DNA of 51,082 nucleotides, taken from Octopus bimaculoides. Lineage: Eukaryota. Position 1 is the stretch's first letter. Each line of letters starts with the position of its first letter. The stretch is taken from NCBI RefSeq assembly GCF_001194135.2, contig NC_068988.1, positions 45,201,612-45,252,693 of the forward strand, written 5' to 3'. This document shows, piece by piece, positions 48,845 through 51,082 of the stretch. Both the position numbers and the translations under genes were made by a program. A model generated the notes under the pieces. That model was not told where the DNA came from. It saw nothing but the letters and a program-made list of their open reading frames with translations, and did no database searches.

Positions 48845-49267
48845 CTCTAGGCACAAGACCTGAAATTTGGGGGCAGGGGACCAGATGATTACATCGACCC
48901 CAGAATGCAACTGGTACTTAATTTATTGATCCTGAAAGGATGGAAGGCAAAGTCGACCTTGGTGGAATTTGTACTCAGAATGTAAAGACAGACGAAATAC
49001 TGTTAAGCATTTTGCCTGGCGTGCTAACGTTTCTTATTTCTTTATTGCCCACAAGGGGCTAAACATAGAGGGGACAAACAAGGACAGACAAAGGGATTAA
49101 GTCGATTACATCGACCCTAGTGTGTAACTGGTACTTAATTTAACGACCCCGAAAGGATGAAAGGCAAGGTCGACCTCGACGGAATTTGAACTCCGAATGT
49201 AGTGGCAGACGAAATACCGCTCAGCATTTTGCCCGGCGTGCTAATGTTTCTGCCAGCTCACCGCCTT
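48845..49267 (-). mobile_element. Two abutting family A SINEs; the Tx1-tailed copy (49034-49267) truncates the head of the other (48845-49033)
   Basis: Junction aacgtttct|tatttctttattgccc. The second copy is close to full length. Confidence 0.88.
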
Positions 49268-49489
49268 CAAACTTTTGTCCATTGGAATCTTTAGGAGAAT
49301 CCACTCTGCTGCAAGCATTTGGGGCGATTCCTCAAACTGAAGATTCCTACCATCATTTTGCTTTTCAGAATTGGACACTGTCATACAGTATCATGAGTAA
49401 TGCCCCTCTTCTGACAAAAGGATAAAAGAAAACAAGATACCCCTCTGACATTGACTTAGCAAAGAGCTCTAACATTGATTTCAAAGTAT

Positions 49490-49523
<34 letters not shown>

Positions 49524-49977
49524 TAATAGCAATAACAACAATCATAAAAAATAGATCCTCCCTGCTCCACCCACAAACCAAGCGAATAAAAGATGAAGGA
49601 AAGAAAAACTAAAAGCATAAGCGGTTGAAGGAAATCCATGTAGTCAAAGATGGAGAAATGAAAAAAAAAAAAAATTAAGGTAAACATGTGTTTTTTAAAT
49701 AGTAAAAGAAATTACAATAATAACAAGAAATACATCAACAACAATATGTGGAATAAAATAAACAGGTTGAAGACAATTCTGTTGAAACAATTTAGATTAT
49801 TTAAAAGAATGATGGAGGTAATAGTCAGGGAGGGGAGTGCTGTAATATTATCACCACATCTGCTGTTGATTTCAATAGTGGCTGTTTAATTCTCTGCGAT
49901 TGCAAAACTGATACACTGAAATAGAAGAAAAACAACAAAAACAGAACTAAAAACAAATACAAAAAAAAATGAAACAG

Positions 49978-50009
<32 letters not shown>

Positions 50010-50369
50010 AATTACAAAATCTCCACCATCACTGCTCCTCTTATCATCAAAACAACGCTAATAAACTCTAAAATGTTTGTAAAACAATAACCACAGGTAT
50101 AATAATTGTGTGAATGAAGATTTGAAACAAAGGAAATTATAATACAAACAACAACAGCTAAAAGAACAAGAACAATGACATGAACAATAGACTGAACAAC
50201 AGCGGCAATAATAAAAACAATTGCAGTGCTTGCAACAAAAATAATGGGAACGACAACATGAAGAAAAGCAAGAATGAGGACAAGCTACAACAACAGAAAT
50301 AACTGCCATAGAAGTTGTAGCTACAATAACAACAACAACACCGTTAAGAGCTAAAAGAACTGGGAAAAT

Positions 50370-50435
50370 CGAATGACAAAAACATCAGCAACGACAACAA
50401 TAATAATGATATTAATAATAATAATGATAATAATG

Positions 50436-50472
<37 letters not shown>

Positions 50473-50495
50473 TGATGATGATAATAATAATAATG

Positions 50496-50532
<37 letters not shown>

Positions 50533-50552
50533 TAATAATAATAATAATGATG

Positions 50553-50589
<37 letters not shown>

Positions 50590-50634
50590 TGATGATGNNN
50601 NNNNNNNATAATGATAATAATAATGATAATAATG

Positions 50635-50674
<40 letters not shown>

Positions 50675-50682
50675 CAATAATG

Positions 50683-50719
<37 letters not shown>

Positions 50720-50730
50720 TAACAGTAATG
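50370..50730. repeat. (AAT/GAT)n microsatellite, followed by a (CAA/CAG)-rich tract to about 51000
   Basis: Direct read of the sequence. Confidence 0.95.
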
Positions 50731-51082
50731 ACAACACAAGGGCTGCAGTGGCAACAACAACAACAGCACCACCAACAACAACCACAACATTACAACAACA
50801 ACAGCTACAGCAGCAAAAATGTTAGTAATAACAACAACAGCAGCAACAATACTTAAAACAACAAAAGAGATGGTGACAACAACAGCAACAACAACAGAAA
50901 CACCAAACACAAACAACATTAACCATAATGACAACATGAGCAGCAGCAACAAAAGCAGCAGCAGCAGCAGCAATGACAACAACAACATAACAACGTATGT
51001 AAGCCAACTGTTGATATAAACCAATTTATATAACAATAGATGCTGCAATGAGAACACCCATATCAGTAACAATTGCTGCAGT

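Noticed and set aside
1-51082. CRISPR arrays, rRNA genes, operon-like or defence systems
   Set aside because: No repeat-spacer arrays or rRNA-like sequence were seen. The window is eukaryotic intronic or intergenic DNA.

Overview
AT-rich, repeat-dense eukaryotic DNA with nine assembly gaps, all beside microsatellites or low-complexity tracts. The repeat families and microsatellite load look like an octopus genome (inference from my recognition, not a database search). Nearly all listed ORFs are microsatellite read-throughs or antisense repeat frames. Real coding signal is transposon debris: six R4/Dong-type REL-LINE pieces, two Penelope-like element (PLE) remnants, Tx1/L1 and CR1-type LINE pieces, an hAT element with an exact 8-bp TSD, a piggyBac-type MITE and a possible mariner fragment. 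There are many tRNA-derived and RTE-tailed SINE-like repeats, and a set of small minus-strand exon candidates of an unrecognised host gene. The top finding is a minimal type I hammerhead ribozyme fold (1477-1522, minus). It lies at the 3' end of an internally deleted PLE, just downstream of a tRNA-like Pol III A-box head. A second, decayed hammerhead-like fold sits at 4678-4734. All protein and RNA assignments come from manual translation and folding. SINE boundaries are approximate.
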